Notes under the pieces: generated by a model
Seen by the model: the letters and a program-made list of their open reading frames with translations, nothing else
What the model was told of the DNA's origin: nothing
Database searches by the model: none
Assembly: GCA_963422375.2 (NCBI GenBank)
Contig: OY729427.2
Coordinates: 32,001 to 96,000 of the forward strand
DNA length: 64,000 nucleotides
Direction: 5' to 3'
DNA from: Bryobacterales bacterium
Lineage (GTDB): Bacteria; Acidobacteriota; Terriglobia; Bryobacterales; UBA6623
Shown: piece by piece, positions 1 to 10,797 of the stretch
How positions within the stretch are numbered: the first letter of the stretch is position 1
How the letters are laid out: the number at the start of each line of letters is the position of its first letter
Program-made: the position numbers and the translations under genes

Positions 1-744
1 CCAGCGCGAGCGGGTTGAAGCCGAGCTGGCCGCCGTTGTGGTTCGAAAATGGCTGGCGGACGCGCAGGAGCTCGCGCGGCGGGCCCCCGTCGTAGGCCGC
101 GGCCGAGGGATCGATCGCGGTCCACTCCAGCAGGATCGTGTCGTGGCCGCCCCTGCCGCCGCGGACCTCGAAGTCGGGCGGCGACGCGGTGCCGCTCGTG
201 TCCGTGTAGGTGTAGAGCCTTCCGAACCCGGGAGCCCCGCGCAGGCCGAAATGGGGATGGAAGGCGAAGCTCTGGAATCCCTTCTCCCCCCGAGAAGCGT
301 CGACCGCAAGCGCCCAGCGCGGGTCGGCTAGATCGAGTACCGCCGCACCGTGCCGCCGTCGTAGCTGACGCTGTAGAGGGGCCCGTACATGTCGTTCACG
401 AACAGCCGCCCGGTCAGGGGCTCGTCAACCAAGCGCATCATGCGCGCGGGCCGTCCGTTGGAATCGGGTAGTGTCGCGAACTCGGCTACGTCGACCGCGA
501 TCACGCCCTCGGCCGGCGGGATGGGGTCGGGAAACGGGTCGGCAGCCGTCGGCGCGCGCCCGGTCTGCGCGGGCGCAGCGGCCGCGAGACACAGCACGGC
601 GGTCAGGCAGGGAAGGGGCCGGGCGGGCCTCCGCGGAGCCTGCCGGGAGAGCGCCGCCGCCGATGCCCGTAGCGGCCCGTTCGGGGATCCGCGGAAGCGC
701 GGATGCAGCCCGCCCGCGCGGGCACCGTCGCCGAAGGTACGCAT
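1..744 (-). pseudogene. PQQ-dependent sugar dehydrogenase (GSDH-like), frameshifted near 335; runs off the window start
   Basis: ORF 328..753 (..GRLFVNDMYGPLYSVSYDG..) continues in another frame as DLADPRW..EKGFQSFAFHP..RQPFSNHNGGQLGFNP, typical of GSDH proteins. Start uncertain; the frameshift may be an assembly error. Confidence 0.7.
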
Positions 745-824
745 GGCAGCCAAGCCGGCCCAGACCTCTTGCTCGGCCGGGAGAGGCCGCCGGGGAGACC
801 GGAGGGCCTCCCCGGCGCCGTCGC

Positions 825-3800
825 TCAGAAGCCGATCCGCAGGCCCAGCCGGAACACGCGGTGGTCGTTGCCGTCGCGGCCCGTGTTGGCCATGCTCGTC
901 ACTACACCGAACCCGCTGCTCGCGATGCTCGAATTCGGATTGCGGAAGTGCGGCGTGTTGGAGACGTTGAACGCCTCCGCCCGGAACTGCACGCTGACCT
1001 TTTCCGTCGGCTGGAACTTGCGGAAGATGCCCATGTCCACGTTGATCAGGCCGGGACCGCGCAGGACGTTGGCGCCGCAGTTTCCGAATCTAGGCGAGCC
1101 GCCCGTGTCCGCTGGGTCGGCGAAGGTGGACAGGTCCCACCAGCCGTCGGGATCGCCCAGCTTCCGCGGGGCCGAGAGGCAGTCCGCAAGCTGCCCGGAC
1201 GCGGCGGCGTTGACCGATCCCGACGGGGCCGTGGGAGTCGAGGGTCGCCCCGTGTAGAACGACGCCAGGGCGTTGACCTGCCAGCCGCCGAGCAAGGCCC
1301 CGGCCGCTCCGCCCTGCGCGAATCTCTTGCCGCGCCCGAAGGGCAGCTCGTAGGTGTTGGAAATCACGAGGTTGTGCCGGATGTCGTTGTTGAGCGGGCC
1401 ACGGTTCCGCGAGTAGTAGGCCGGGTGCCGGATGCGCGGCTGGGCGGTGGACGACTCCGACGTGTAGCCGCGTCCGTGGCCCCACGTGTACGCCAGGTTG
1501 AAATGGTGCCCCGACCTGCTCCGGCGCACAAGCTTGACTTGCAGGGAATCGTACATGGGGGTGCCGATCGTGCCCCAGAAGAGCGTCGAGGCCGTCCGCT
1601 TGTAGAGCTTGCGCAGCCGGCGCCCGGCGTTGCCTTCGCCGATCTCGCCCCAGTTCGCCTCGATGCGCGAGCTCTGCCGCGTCGAGCGCGTCGCCACGTA
1701 GGAGGCCGTGCCGATCCACTCTCCCCACTGCTTCTCCAGCGTGAAGTTCCACGACTGGATGTAGCCGCGCTGGAAGTTCTCGTCCGCCGTAGCCACGTTC
1801 GCGCGCAGCGGCATCTGGATGCGCTCGTCGGTCGGGATCGGCGGGATGGCGGGGAAGCCCTGGTCTAGCGTGGTTGCGAAGGAGAAGGAATTCGGAGACG
1901 GCAGCAGCTGCGAGAACTGCGTCGGCAGGTTTCCCCGCAGGTCCCGGCCCAGGTTGAACGGGTTGTAGGTCAGGCCGTAGCCGGTGCGCACCACGAGCGT
2001 GTCCGTCGCGCGCCAAGCGATGCCGACGCGCGGCGCGAACTGCGTCTTGCTCTGCGGCAGGCCGCAGTTCCGCGGGACGGAACCGAGCCCGCACACCAGC
2101 ATGATGTTCTCGTCGATGTCGAACCGCTCCAAGCCCCGGTTCGGCCGCACCGGGAAGGGAAAGTATTCCCACCGCGTGCCGTAGGTCAGGGTCAGGTCCG
2201 GCCGCACCTGCCAGCGGTCGCGCACATAGGCGGCGTACTGGTTGGAGCGCGTCTGCAGGTTCTTGCCGTTGAGGAAGTTGCGCGCCGCGTCGCGAGGCAG
2301 GCCGAGCATGAACGCCGCGATCGGGTTGTAGTCGTTCGCCTTGGACCCCGGCCGCCCGGTGGTGTTCGAGCGGAACCGGAAGCCGCCCGCCGGCGCGTCA
2401 CCGCCGGGGAAGTTGGCCACTTCCTGGTTGATCTGGGTTTGGAAGGTGTCGATGCCGAACCGCACTTCGTGATCGCCCTTGGTCCAGTTGCCGTTGGCCA
2501 CGAACTGGTGCAGGTAGTCGTGACCGATGAACGGCGACGTGGCTTGGTAGCCCAGGTTGCCGTAGCCCGCGTCGAAGCGCATGCGAGGCATCCCGCCGTA
2601 GAAGGAGCCCGCCTCGCCCGGAACGCCGTCCCCATTGGTGCCGGGAATGCCGAGCACGTCCAGCCCGATGCGCTGTTCCAGATTGCCCGCGAAGGCGTTG
2701 CTGTCGACCAACGTGGAACCGAAGTACGCGTCGAACACGAGGCTCGGGCTGGCCACGTACGTGGCCGAGAGAGTGCCGCTGTAGGTCGGCCCGAATCCGT
2801 TGTCGGTGCGGAAGTTCGTGGGATGCACCGAAATGCCCGACAGATTGCCGAACGCCGCCGGGTTCCATTGCTTGTAGTGGAAGAGACTCAGGCGGGCGAA
2901 CATGGTCCACTTGTCCGACAGGTTGAAGCTCGTCTTGCTGTCGATTTGGTGGCGCGTGAACATGTAGGTGATGCCGGCCAGCTTGTTGCGATTCAGGCCC
3001 AGCGCGCCCACGCCGGGCCGGTCGGGCAGGCTCCAATCGGGATCGTCGGCTAGGATCCGGCTCGCCCGCGCGATCCGCGAATCCGGGATCGTGTTGTCGG
3101 GGAACTGCGTGCGGCTCGCTTCGTCTCCGACCGCCGCCGACAGCGGGTCGAAGACCGGCAGGGGCGACGCCGAGAAATCGCCGGCACGCATCGACGCAGT
3201 CGGGACCTTGATGAAGCGAGTGGCGTTGGAGTTCTCCGAAGTGCGCTCGTAGCTCACGAAGTAGAAGGCCCTGTTCTTCTTGATCGGCCCTCCGATCGTG
3301 CCCCCGGCTTGGTTGTAGATGAATTTCGGCTTGGCGGCGTCGCGGTCGCTGAAGTACGGGTACGCCTGCAAGTGCTGGTTGTTGTGGTACCAGAAAGCCG
3401 AGCCGTGAGTCTCGTTGGTGCCGCTCTTGATCTGCAGGTTGATCGCCGCGCCCCCGGCCAGGCCCTGCTCGGCGTCGAAGGAACCGGTGACGACGTTGAC
3501 GACCTCGATCGACTCCAAGGCCGGGTTGATGCCCGTCATGTGGGTCAGGTTCGGGTTGTAGCTCGACGCGCCGTCGATGCGCACGTTGTTGTTGTTGTCG
3601 GCGGTGCCGTTGACCGTGTAGCGCACGGCCCGGGTCGGATTGGCCGGCACGGAGTGCGCGTTGGCCGGGGGCGAGAATCCCGGAAGCGTCTGGAGGAGCA
3701 TCTGATAGTTGCGCCCGAGCGGAACGGGCACGTTCTGCAGCTCCTGCGAGCCGACCTCGCCGCGCACCTCGGCCCGGTCCGTCTGCAGCCGCGCCGCGGT

Positions 3801-4187
3801 CGCGCTGACCTCGATGACTTCGGTCACCTCGCCGATCTGCAGGTCGACGTCGACGCGCGTGACGTCGTTGACGCCCACCGCGACGCCGGTCGTCGAATAG
3901 GTGCTAAAGCCGTCCGACTGGACCTCGATGCGGTACGTGCCCGTCGCGACGGTCGAGAAGCTGTAGGCGCCCGAGGCGTTGGCTCCGCCGATCCGAGTGG
4001 CCCCGGTTCCCTCGTTGGTGATCGTCACCCGGGCCCCGGGAATCACCGCCCCGGTGCCGTCCGACACGTTGCCGACGATGCTGCCGTAGAGAATCTGGGC
4101 GCTCGGGCGCTCCGCTCCGAAACCCGCGACCAGCGCGAGAGCTGCGACCACGACTAGGCCGCGCTTCAATCCGTTCTTGGCTTGCAT
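825..4187 (-). CDS. TonB-dependent receptor, Oar-like, with N-terminal carboxypeptidase-regulatory-like domain
   Basis: Signal peptide, GSIVGNVSDGTGAVIPGARVT, QFRAEAFNVSNTPHF and C-terminal LGLRIGF. ATG at 4187 has a GAGGGA RBS. Confidence 0.95.
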   Translation of the reverse strand: MQAKNGLKRGLVVVAALALVAGFGAERPSAQILYGSIVGNVSDGTGAVIPGARVTITNEGTGATRIGGANASGAYSFSTVATGTYRIEVQSDGFSTYSTTGVAVGVNDVTRVDVDLQIGEVTEVIEVSATAARLQTDRAEVRGEVGSQELQNVPVPLGRNYQMLLQTLPGFSPPANAHSVPANPTRAVRYTVNGTADNNNNVRIDGASSYNPNLTHMTGINPALESIEVVNVVTGSFDAEQGLAGGAAINLQIKSGTNETHGSAFWYHNNQHLQAYPYFSDRDAAKPKFIYNQAGGTIGGPIKKNRAFYFVSYERTSENSNATRFIKVPTASMRAGDFSASPLPVFDPLSAAVGDEASRTQFPDNTIPDSRIARASRILADDPDWSLPDRPGVGALGLNRNKLAGITYMFTRHQIDSKTSFNLSDKWTMFARLSLFHYKQWNPAAFGNLSGISVHPTNFRTDNGFGPTYSGTLSATYVASPSLVFDAYFGSTLVDSNAFAGNLEQRIGLDVLGIPGTNGDGVPGEAGSFYGGMPRMRFDAGYGNLGYQATSPFIGHDYLHQFVANGNWTKGDHEVRFGIDTFQTQINQEVANFPGGDAPAGGFRFRSNTTGRPGSKANDYNPIAAFMLGLPRDAARNFLNGKNLQTRSNQYAAYVRDRWQVRPDLTLTYGTRWEYFPFPVRPNRGLERFDIDENIMLVCGLGSVPRNCGLPQSKTQFAPRVGIAWRATDTLVVRTGYGLTYNPFNLGRDLRGNLPTQFSQLLPSPNSFSFATTLDQGFPAIPPIPTDERIQMPLRANVATADENFQRGYIQSWNFTLEKQWGEWIGTASYVATRSTRQSSRIEANWGEIGEGNAGRRLRKLYKRTASTLFWGTIGTPMYDSLQVKLVRRSRSGHHFNLAYTWGHGRGYTSESSTAQPRIRHPAYYSRNRGPLNNDIRHNLVISNTYELPFGRGKRFAQGGAAGALLGGWQVNALASFYTGRPSTPTAPSGSVNAAASGQLADCLSAPRKLGDPDGWWDLSTFADPADTGGSPRFGNCGANVLRGPGLINVDMGIFRKFQPTEKVSVQFRAEAFNVSNTPHFRNPNSSIASSGFGVVTSMANTGRDGNDHRVFRLGLRIGF

Positions 4188-4779
4188 ACTGGAAATCCCT
4201 CGTCCGTAGGCGCTGATCGCGCCTCCGACGAGCCCGCCGGGCACAGGAACCCGGGATTGAATCCGACCGCTCCTCCCCTGAATGCCACTGTGCGGGTTCG
4301 CCGGCTGAGAGTGTATCACGGAATGCGGGCGTCCACTGGGTCCGCCGAGCGCGGGTGCCTTGCGACACCGTCTCGTTGCCGGCGACCCGATTGCAGCTAG
4401 CGCGAGCTGCCGCGATTCATCACCAGGGGGAGCCCGGGCGAGGATTCTCAGACTTGGTCAGCGGAGAACCGGGCGCCCGGCCTGCGGCCTACCCGTCGGC
4501 AGCCGTCTGCGAGTATCCAATCCATCATCGCGTCCAATTGATGGGCCCAGAAGATCGTAAGACCCCTTGATTGAGCGTCTGCCAGCTTCGCCAGACCGTA
4601 GACGCCCTCCAGGACGGCGGCCGGGACAACCTGAACGGTTCCGAAGTCGTCCAACCAGGTCGCGCACTTGACGACCGCATCAGTTGTTGAGACGCTTGAT
4701 CGAATTCAGCTTTGAACTGGAAACCCTACATTCGACCGCCATCGTGCGACAGTCCCCGAATCCGATCCCGAAGTCAGCC

Positions 4780-4905
4780 TTCCGCCTTGGAGGCCGGGGC
4801 GATGCAGCGGTTGAGCACCGCCGCCAGCAGATACGTGCCGACCGAGGGCCCGGAGCCGTGCTTGGGCACGTGGCGGTCGATGTGCTCGGCGAGGGGCAGG
4901 CGGCG
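4780..4905 (-). pseudogene. IS1634-like transposase fragment
   Basis: Translates RLPLAEHIDRHVPKHGSGPSVGTYLLAAVLNRCIAPASK, resembling the IS1634 N-terminal region; lies where the second TonB gene is cut off. Confidence 0.5.
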
Positions 4906-4949
4906 GGCATGTCAGTGGAGGGCGGCGTAAGCGCCGAACTCGCAGTATC

Positions 4950-5522
4950 TTCAGCTGCTGGCTGACGAAGCGCGGACCGGCACTGTCACCACCGGCACTG
5001 CCGAACGTCACGACGCCGTTGGTGAGGCCCGCCAGCTGCAGGTAGCTCCGCCCGTTCAGGGGCAGGTCCAGGATCTCTCGGTTCGCGACGACATGACCCA
5101 CGTCCGATGTGTCCGTCGCGAGCACCGGGGCGGCCGCGACCACTTCGACCGTCTCAGTCACCTGGCCCACCTCCATCGCCAAGTCGAACCGGGCGGTCTG
5201 GTCGACCTGCAGGACGATTTGGCGTATGGCGTATGTCGACCGGACGGAAGCCGGACGCGGTGGCGCGAATCGAGTACGACCCCGGAAACAGGTTCGTCAA
5301 GGAATACGATCCGAGCTCGCTGGTCGTGCGGGTCTGGGCGACCCCAGTCCCTTCGTTGGTCACCGTCACCTCAACTTCGGGAATGGAAGCTCCGGTGGCA
5401 TCAGTCACGGCCCCGACGATCGAACCGTAGGTGGACTGGGCCGCGGCGACCGGGGCCAAGGCTAACGCCAGCACCCACACCGACAGAGTCCAGCTGATAT
5501 TCGAGTTGCGGAACGTATGCAC
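4950..5522 (-). pseudogene. 5' fragment of a second TonB-dependent receptor, frameshifted and truncated
   Basis: AQSTYGSIVGAVTDATGASIP, then after a frameshift near 5225 MEVGQVTETVEV..DLPLNGRSYLQLA; ends near 4955. Confidence 0.85.
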
Positions 5523-5569
5523 TGCGGTTGTCCATGCGGCGGCGATTCCGCCCGCCCTAGGGAGCGGCC

Positions 5570-6065
5570 GCGCCTAACCGTCAAGCCGAAGATCGAGTCC
5601 CGGTACATCGCTGCCGAGAGAAAGCTCCCCAGCGGCAGGCCGAACTCCCGAAATCAGGTCGCATCTGCCGCGCCAAGCGGTCGCCCTTCAAGCGCGCCGA
5701 CAGCAGATGGCCGATCGCGCCGCATTGGGATGACTTGGGTCAGCTCCAGCCGCTCGCAGTGCTCTCGCTTGCTGCCATCGTCGGCATCCACGGTGCTGGT
5801 CGAGGCACCTTCCAGTACTCAGTCCTAGACGTTGACTTCCTACCACGCCAAGCACTACCTCCCGTTGCCTCGCATGAGGTCGCGTGCCGCGAACTTGTCC
5901 GGCGAGCTGCTGGCGTTCGCGACCAGTTCCCGGTAGTGAAGCAGCACGTTGCCAGCAACTAGGGCCTCTCCGCGCTCGCGGAAGTACTCCTCTCGAATGG
6001 TGACGGCGGCGCGCATCGCCCGGTCTCGAAGAGCATCGTGCGGCGTCGGCCGACCGACTGATCTC
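5570..6065 (-). pseudogene. Decayed Uma2-family endonuclease
   Basis: GRPTPHDALRDRAMR..YFRERGEALVAGNVLLHY..W*E..D*VLEGASTSTVDAD..ELSLGSDVPGLDLRLDG is colinear with the intact Uma2 at 19369-20295; multiple stops and frameshifts. Confidence 0.7.
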
Positions 6066-6109
6066 GGGCAATGAATACAGACAGCGGGCAGTTCCGACTC
6101 GCGCGCCGT

Positions 6110-7718
6110 CAGCGGTTCTAGATTTGGCCGTCAAGGGGGTGCGTGAACGTTGTTTCGGAGGATGAGGTGAATAAGTTGACCGAGAGGTTGCGCTCCCGAG
6201 GCCGCCCCGCGGGAGCGTCGGACGGCGGGCAGGGCCGTGGCGCGGCCCGCGTCGCGAGTCCGCGGAGTGCCGAGCCCGCGGCCGGACGCACTCCGGCGGT
6301 AGCCGGCTTTGACGGCCGGCCGCTCGCCGGACGCTGCCGGCACGAGACTGCGTGGAGTCCAGGCCCCGGCCGCCTGGCAGCCCGGAGGCGCGCGTCCGGC
6401 GCGCACCGCCGCCAGCAGCGTCGGCCGGTCCGGGAAGCGGAACCAGCGCAGCGCGACCTGCAGCTCCCGGAACAGGGCGCGGCGCGTGACTGGCTGGCGC
6501 CGGCACTGCTGCCACAGCGCGCAGACGCACTGCAGCACGGCGCGGAGCGCGAAGGCGAACAGGTTCGGCACGGCCGGCACGTTGGCCAGCCCTTCCTTGC
6601 CGTGCCCGAAGTTGCGCTTGCAGTTGCGGCCGTGCCGCGCCAGGCAGTTGAAGCCCTCGTTCTCGATCTGCCAGCGCGCCCGGCCGGCCCGCGCGATCGG
6701 CTCCGCGTTGTCCGCGGTGACCGCGAGACCGGTGGAGAAGCTGCTGGCGCAGGTGCGCTTGCCGTCGCGCTCCACGGCGTACTCGATCCAAGTGCCCTGC
6801 AGGGCGTCGCGGCCCTTGCGCAGGAGCACCGCGGCCGTCCGGCGGAAACGGTGCCGCTCGGACCGCTTGCCCTTCCCGCGCCGCGGCGGCCTCGCAGACC
6901 GACTGGCAGCAGTACAGGTCGTCGCCCGGCAGGACGGGGCGGCAGGCCTGCAGCCAGGCGCCGCGAGCGGCGAGCCAGCGCTTGGCGGCGTTGCGCTCGC
7001 AGTCCCGCTTGCGCTCGTCCTCGCTCATGTCGGCGCGGGTCGCGGCCGCGTCCTGCTGCGGGCGCACGAACTCGCGCATCAGCGGCAGGACCGTGGCGTG
7101 GCCGTCGGCCACCGCGGTGGCCGCGACCATGGTGTGGAAGTGATGCGGCCGGCGCTCGCTGCCGACGCGCCGCACCGAGCACTGCGGGCAATGCACCCTG
7201 TCGGAGCGGTGGAACCGGACGCCGTCCGGAGCCGCCGGCAGGCGCTCGTCGAGGCGCTGGAAGGGCTCGAGCGCGCCCTGCGCGGCCACGGTTGCGAGGC
7301 ACCGCCGGAACGGCGGGTCGAACGCGGCCGGGTCGCGGTCGTCGAGCAAGTTGCGGATCCGGTTGTCGCAGGGGATGCGGCCCGCGCCGCACAGGGTCCG
7401 GCAGTTGGAGCGCGAGCCGTCCCGCTCCATGCGTCGCTGGAACGCGAGCAACGACTCGCACCGGGTGCAGAAGCAGGCCGGGGCGCACCAGGGCGCAACC
7501 GGCGGCGTCGCTGACCTCGTAGCGCTTGTTGCTGCGACCCTCGCGCCGGTCGGGCCGGCCGGCGGCCGTCTCGCGGAAGGCGCTCGGCAGCGCGTCCAGG
7601 ACATGGGGCATTTACCCTAGCTCACAAATTCCGCAAGCAAAAGTCAAGTGCCAGACTGCCTTCGACACCTTTCTCAGACACTCTGGAAATCCCAAAATGC
7701 CCAAATTGAGAATCGCTG
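6110..7718 (-). mobile_element. ISNCY-like DDE IS, copy A (defective, ~120-bp internal deletion)
   Basis: TIRs CAGCGGTTCTAGATTTGG / CCAAATTGAGAATCGCTG; perfect 9-bp TSD GCGCGCCGT (6101-6109, 7719-7727); motifs DCERNAAKRWL and RARWQIENE. Confidence 0.92.
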
Positions 7719-8031
7719 GCGCGCCGTCCGAATGAGCGCGCCACCCGACAGGTACGTCCCGAAGGCCGTGCTCGGGGGCGTGTGCAGGCGAATCTGCCAG
7801 ACGGGCCTGCGATCCTGCCACGCGCGTAGGGCGTGGAAGCACAGCGTCGCCGAGGCACGCTGGCTGGCGCCGTGCTCCGTCCCGTCGTCCGTCCAGTCCG
7901 CTTCGCCGCCAGCGGACTGGGATGGGAGGCAATGCAGCGCAGGGGCTTAGGACGGGTTGCAGCAATGTCCGTCGACCTTGGAGTTCGTATCTGTCCGCCA
8001 ACCCGGGCCCGCCCGCGCTCGCAGGCGAAAC

Positions 8032-8081
8032 TTCTGTTGGCTGCATCGCGCATACATTCTGTTGGCTGCATCGCGCATACA
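8032..8081 (+). repeat. Perfect 25-bp tandem duplication upstream of the cytochrome c gene
   Basis: TTCTGTTGGCTGCATCGCGCATACA twice (8032-8056, 8057-8081), ending in a TACAAT -10-like box. Confidence 0.9.
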
Positions 8082-8101
8082 ATGGACGGCGACACTTCCC
8101 G

Positions 8102-8926
8102 ATGACAGCTACGCGACTCCGTCCCTGCCTCTGCCTCGCGGCGTCCGTCTTGGCCCTCGCCGCGAGTGCCGGCGCGGATGCTCCCCGCGGCAATCCCCTC
8201 GGCAGGGACCCCGCCGCGGTCCGCGCAGGCGATGAGCTGTTCCACGAACGCTGCGCTGTGTGCCACGGGCAACGCGCCCAAGGGGCGATGGCTTCGAACC
8301 TAGTCCGCACCCGCCGTGTTCGGCGCGGATCCGAGCAGTCCCTGTTCGAATTGATTCAAACGGGCATCCCGGGCACCGAAATGCCTCCCCAGCCCGACCT
8401 CCCGGACGAGCGCGTGTGGCAGATCGTGTCGTACCTGAGAAGCTTGGTGCATCCGGGAGAGCAGCCGCAGCTGCCCGGAGACGTAGACGCGGGCCGCGCG
8501 CTCTTCCGCAGCGCGGGCTGCGCCACGTGCCACATCGTGAACGGCCACGGCGGCTTCTTGGGACCGTCCCTAGACTCGATTGCGATCCGCAAGACGAGCG
8601 ACCAGATCCGGAGCGACGTGCTCAATCCCAGCGCGAGCCTGGCCGAAGGCTACGAGACCGTTTCCGCACAGGCCTCCGACGGAAGGCGGGTCGAGGGCGT
8701 TCTCAAGAACGAGGACACCTTCCTCGTGCTGATCCTGACGGAGGCCGGCGAGGTCGAAGCGCTGCCCCGCGACAGGCTGCGATCACTCGACAGACCCGCC
8801 CGGTCGCGCATGCCAGCGGATTACGGTACGCGGCTCTCGGCGGGAGAGCTGCGTGCTCTATTCGCATTCCTGGACCGGCAGCGAGATCCGTTCACGCCCG
8901 TAGTCCGCGGATTCGGTGTTTACTGA
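8102..8926 (+). CDS. Secreted di-heme c-type cytochrome with putative heme-binding domain
   Basis: Signal peptide, CAVCH, GIPGTEMP, CATCH, GPSLDSI and SRMP; 9 bp upstream of the PQQ gene. Confidence 0.9.
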   Translation: MTATRLRPCLCLAASVLALAASAGADAPRGNPLGRDPAAVRAGDELFHERCAVCHGQRAQGAMASNLVRTRRVRRGSEQSLFELIQTGIPGTEMPPQPDLPDERVWQIVSYLRSLVHPGEQPQLPGDVDAGRALFRSAGCATCHIVNGHGGFLGPSLDSIAIRKTSDQIRSDVLNPSASLAEGYETVSAQASDGRRVEGVLKNEDTFLVLILTEAGEVEALPRDRLRSLDRPARSRMPADYGTRLSAGELRALFAFLDRQRDPFTPVVRGFGVY

Positions 8927-8935
8927 AGCAGCCCA

Positions 8936-10513
8936 ATGCGTACTTCCCGACTTATCAGCCTCGCGCTGCTGGGCACGGGACTCGCCGTCCCGTCCGGGGC
9001 GCAGCCGTTAGAGGAGCGATACAGGAACCCATCCAACTGGCTCAGCTACGACCGCGACAACACCGGCCGTCGCTACTCCGAGCTCGCTCGCATCGATCGC
9101 GACAACGTCGCCCGGCTGGTTCCCAAGTGGATGTTCCAGTACAGCCCGCAGCAGCTGCGCAGCGAGGCGACGCCGCTCGTCCGGGACGGCGTGATGTATC
9201 TGGCTGCGGGCGGGATGCGGGCGTTCGCCCTGGACGCGGCCACCGGCCGTTCCGTGTGGCGCTTCGACTACCCCTTCGACCAAGGGGACGGGCGCCCGAA
9301 CCCCAACTGGAGCCGAGGCCTCGGCCTGTCGGGGACTCGCCTGTATCTCGGCACGCCGGACTGCCACGTAATCGCGATCGACAGCCGCAACGGGGCGATG
9401 CTGTGGCGCTCCCCCGTGACCGCGGACCAGCCCTGCTTCGGCTCGACCGGCGCGCCCATCATCGCAAAGAATCGGGTGCTGGTCGGCATCCGCGGCGGCG
9501 ACACCGGTCGCGTCCGAGGCTACCTCGACGCCTTCGACGCCGAAACCGGGAAGCGCGAGTGGCGCTTCTACACGGTCCCCGCTCCGGGCGAGCCCGGGTC
9601 GGAGACGTGGCCGGACAACGACTCGTGGAAGGCCGGCGGCGGCACTCCCTGGACCAGCGGCACCTACGACCCGGAACTCGACCTGCTGTACTGGCCGACC
9701 GGCAATCCCGGCCCGAAGGACTTCGATGGTCGCAACCGCGAAGGCGACAATCTCTACACCGCGACGCTGCTGGCCCTGCGCCCCGATGACGGCGAGCTCG
9801 TCTGGCACTTCCAGTACACGCCGCACGACGAACACGACTGGGACGCCAACCAGACGCCGGTTCTCGTGGATGCCGACTGGAACGGGCGGCGCCGCAAGCT
9901 CGTGGTACATCCGAACCGGAACGCGTTCCTATACGTGATCGACCGGGAGAGCGGGGAATTCCTGCGCGCCACGCCGTTCGCGAAGCAGAACTGGCTCTCT
10001 CGGTTCACCCCCGAAGGCCGTCCGGTCCCCAGGCCCGAGGCAGCGCCCAGCCCGGCCGGCGCGCACGCCTGCCCGGACATCCACGGCGGGACCAACTGGC
10101 AGTCGCCGACCTTCCATCCCGGGACCGGGCTGTTCTACGTCATGTCCCGGGACGCCTGCGGGGTGTACTTCCGCACGGGACACAGCATCGACCACCTCGA
10201 GACCGGCGCCGAGAATTTCCTGCGCGCCATCGACCTTGCCGCGGGCAGCCTGCGCTGGGAGCTCCCGCTGCTGGGGGTGGAGAACCGCGAGGTGATGTTC
10301 GCGGGTGCGATGTCCACCGCCGGCGGGCTGGTCTTCTTCGGGAGCCGCGACGGCAACTTCATGGCCGCCGACGCAGAATCCGGGCAAGTGCTCTGGCACT
10401 TCAATACCGGCGGCACGATCCGGGCCTCCCCGATCACTTACGAGGCGGACGGGCAGCAGTTCGTCGCGATCACGACCAAGAGCGGCGTGTTCGCATTCGG
10501 CCTCTTCGACTAG
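8936..10513 (+). CDS. PQQ-dependent (quinoprotein) dehydrogenase, beta-propeller
   Basis: EATPLVRDGVMY, YDPELDLLYWPTGNP, WHFQYTPHDEHDWD, GGTNW, ASPITYEADGQQFV. Confidence 0.93.
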   Translation: MRTSRLISLALLGTGLAVPSGAQPLEERYRNPSNWLSYDRDNTGRRYSELARIDRDNVARLVPKWMFQYSPQQLRSEATPLVRDGVMYLAAGGMRAFALDAATGRSVWRFDYPFDQGDGRPNPNWSRGLGLSGTRLYLGTPDCHVIAIDSRNGAMLWRSPVTADQPCFGSTGAPIIAKNRVLVGIRGGDTGRVRGYLDAFDAETGKREWRFYTVPAPGEPGSETWPDNDSWKAGGGTPWTSGTYDPELDLLYWPTGNPGPKDFDGRNREGDNLYTATLLALRPDDGELVWHFQYTPHDEHDWDANQTPVLVDADWNGRRRKLVVHPNRNAFLYVIDRESGEFLRATPFAKQNWLSRFTPEGRPVPRPEAAPSPAGAHACPDIHGGTNWQSPTFHPGTGLFYVMSRDACGVYFRTGHSIDHLETGAENFLRAIDLAAGSLRWELPLLGVENREVMFAGAMSTAGGLVFFGSRDGNFMAADAESGQVLWHFNTGGTIRASPITYEADGQQFVAITTKSGVFAFGLFD

Positions 10514-10581
10514 CGTCCCCGCCGGCCAGCGGGATTCCGCCTTGGATAGTAGTCCCGGGACCTGCTCCGGCCCCGAGCCAT

Positions 10582-10644
10582 GTGCCGGGACGGCCCTATC
10601 GGACCGCCGTCCGTCCTAGGGGCGGTCCGATAGGCTCCCGGCAC
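10582..10644. terminator. Strong GC-rich hairpin after the PQQ gene (terminator or REP-like)
   Basis: 14-bp perfect stem CCTATCGGACCGCC/GGCGGTCCGATAGG plus outer GTGCCGGGA/TCCCGGCAC; no U-tract. Confidence 0.5.
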
Positions 10645-10797
10645 CACGAATCGGTTTACTTGCGTATCATTTTCGTTTCGATAGAGCTGGAAATTGCCAG
10701 CAGAGGTCGCACGATTTCCATATTTTCGTCCGTATGCGCAACTGGAACAGGTCAACTAGCGTCTATTTTCGTACTGTGTTCACTTTGGAGGTGCGAT

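Noticed and set aside
8037..8075. Sigma54 promoter in the duplicated 25-mer
   Set aside because: GG-to-GC spacing is 9 nt, not the required 10.
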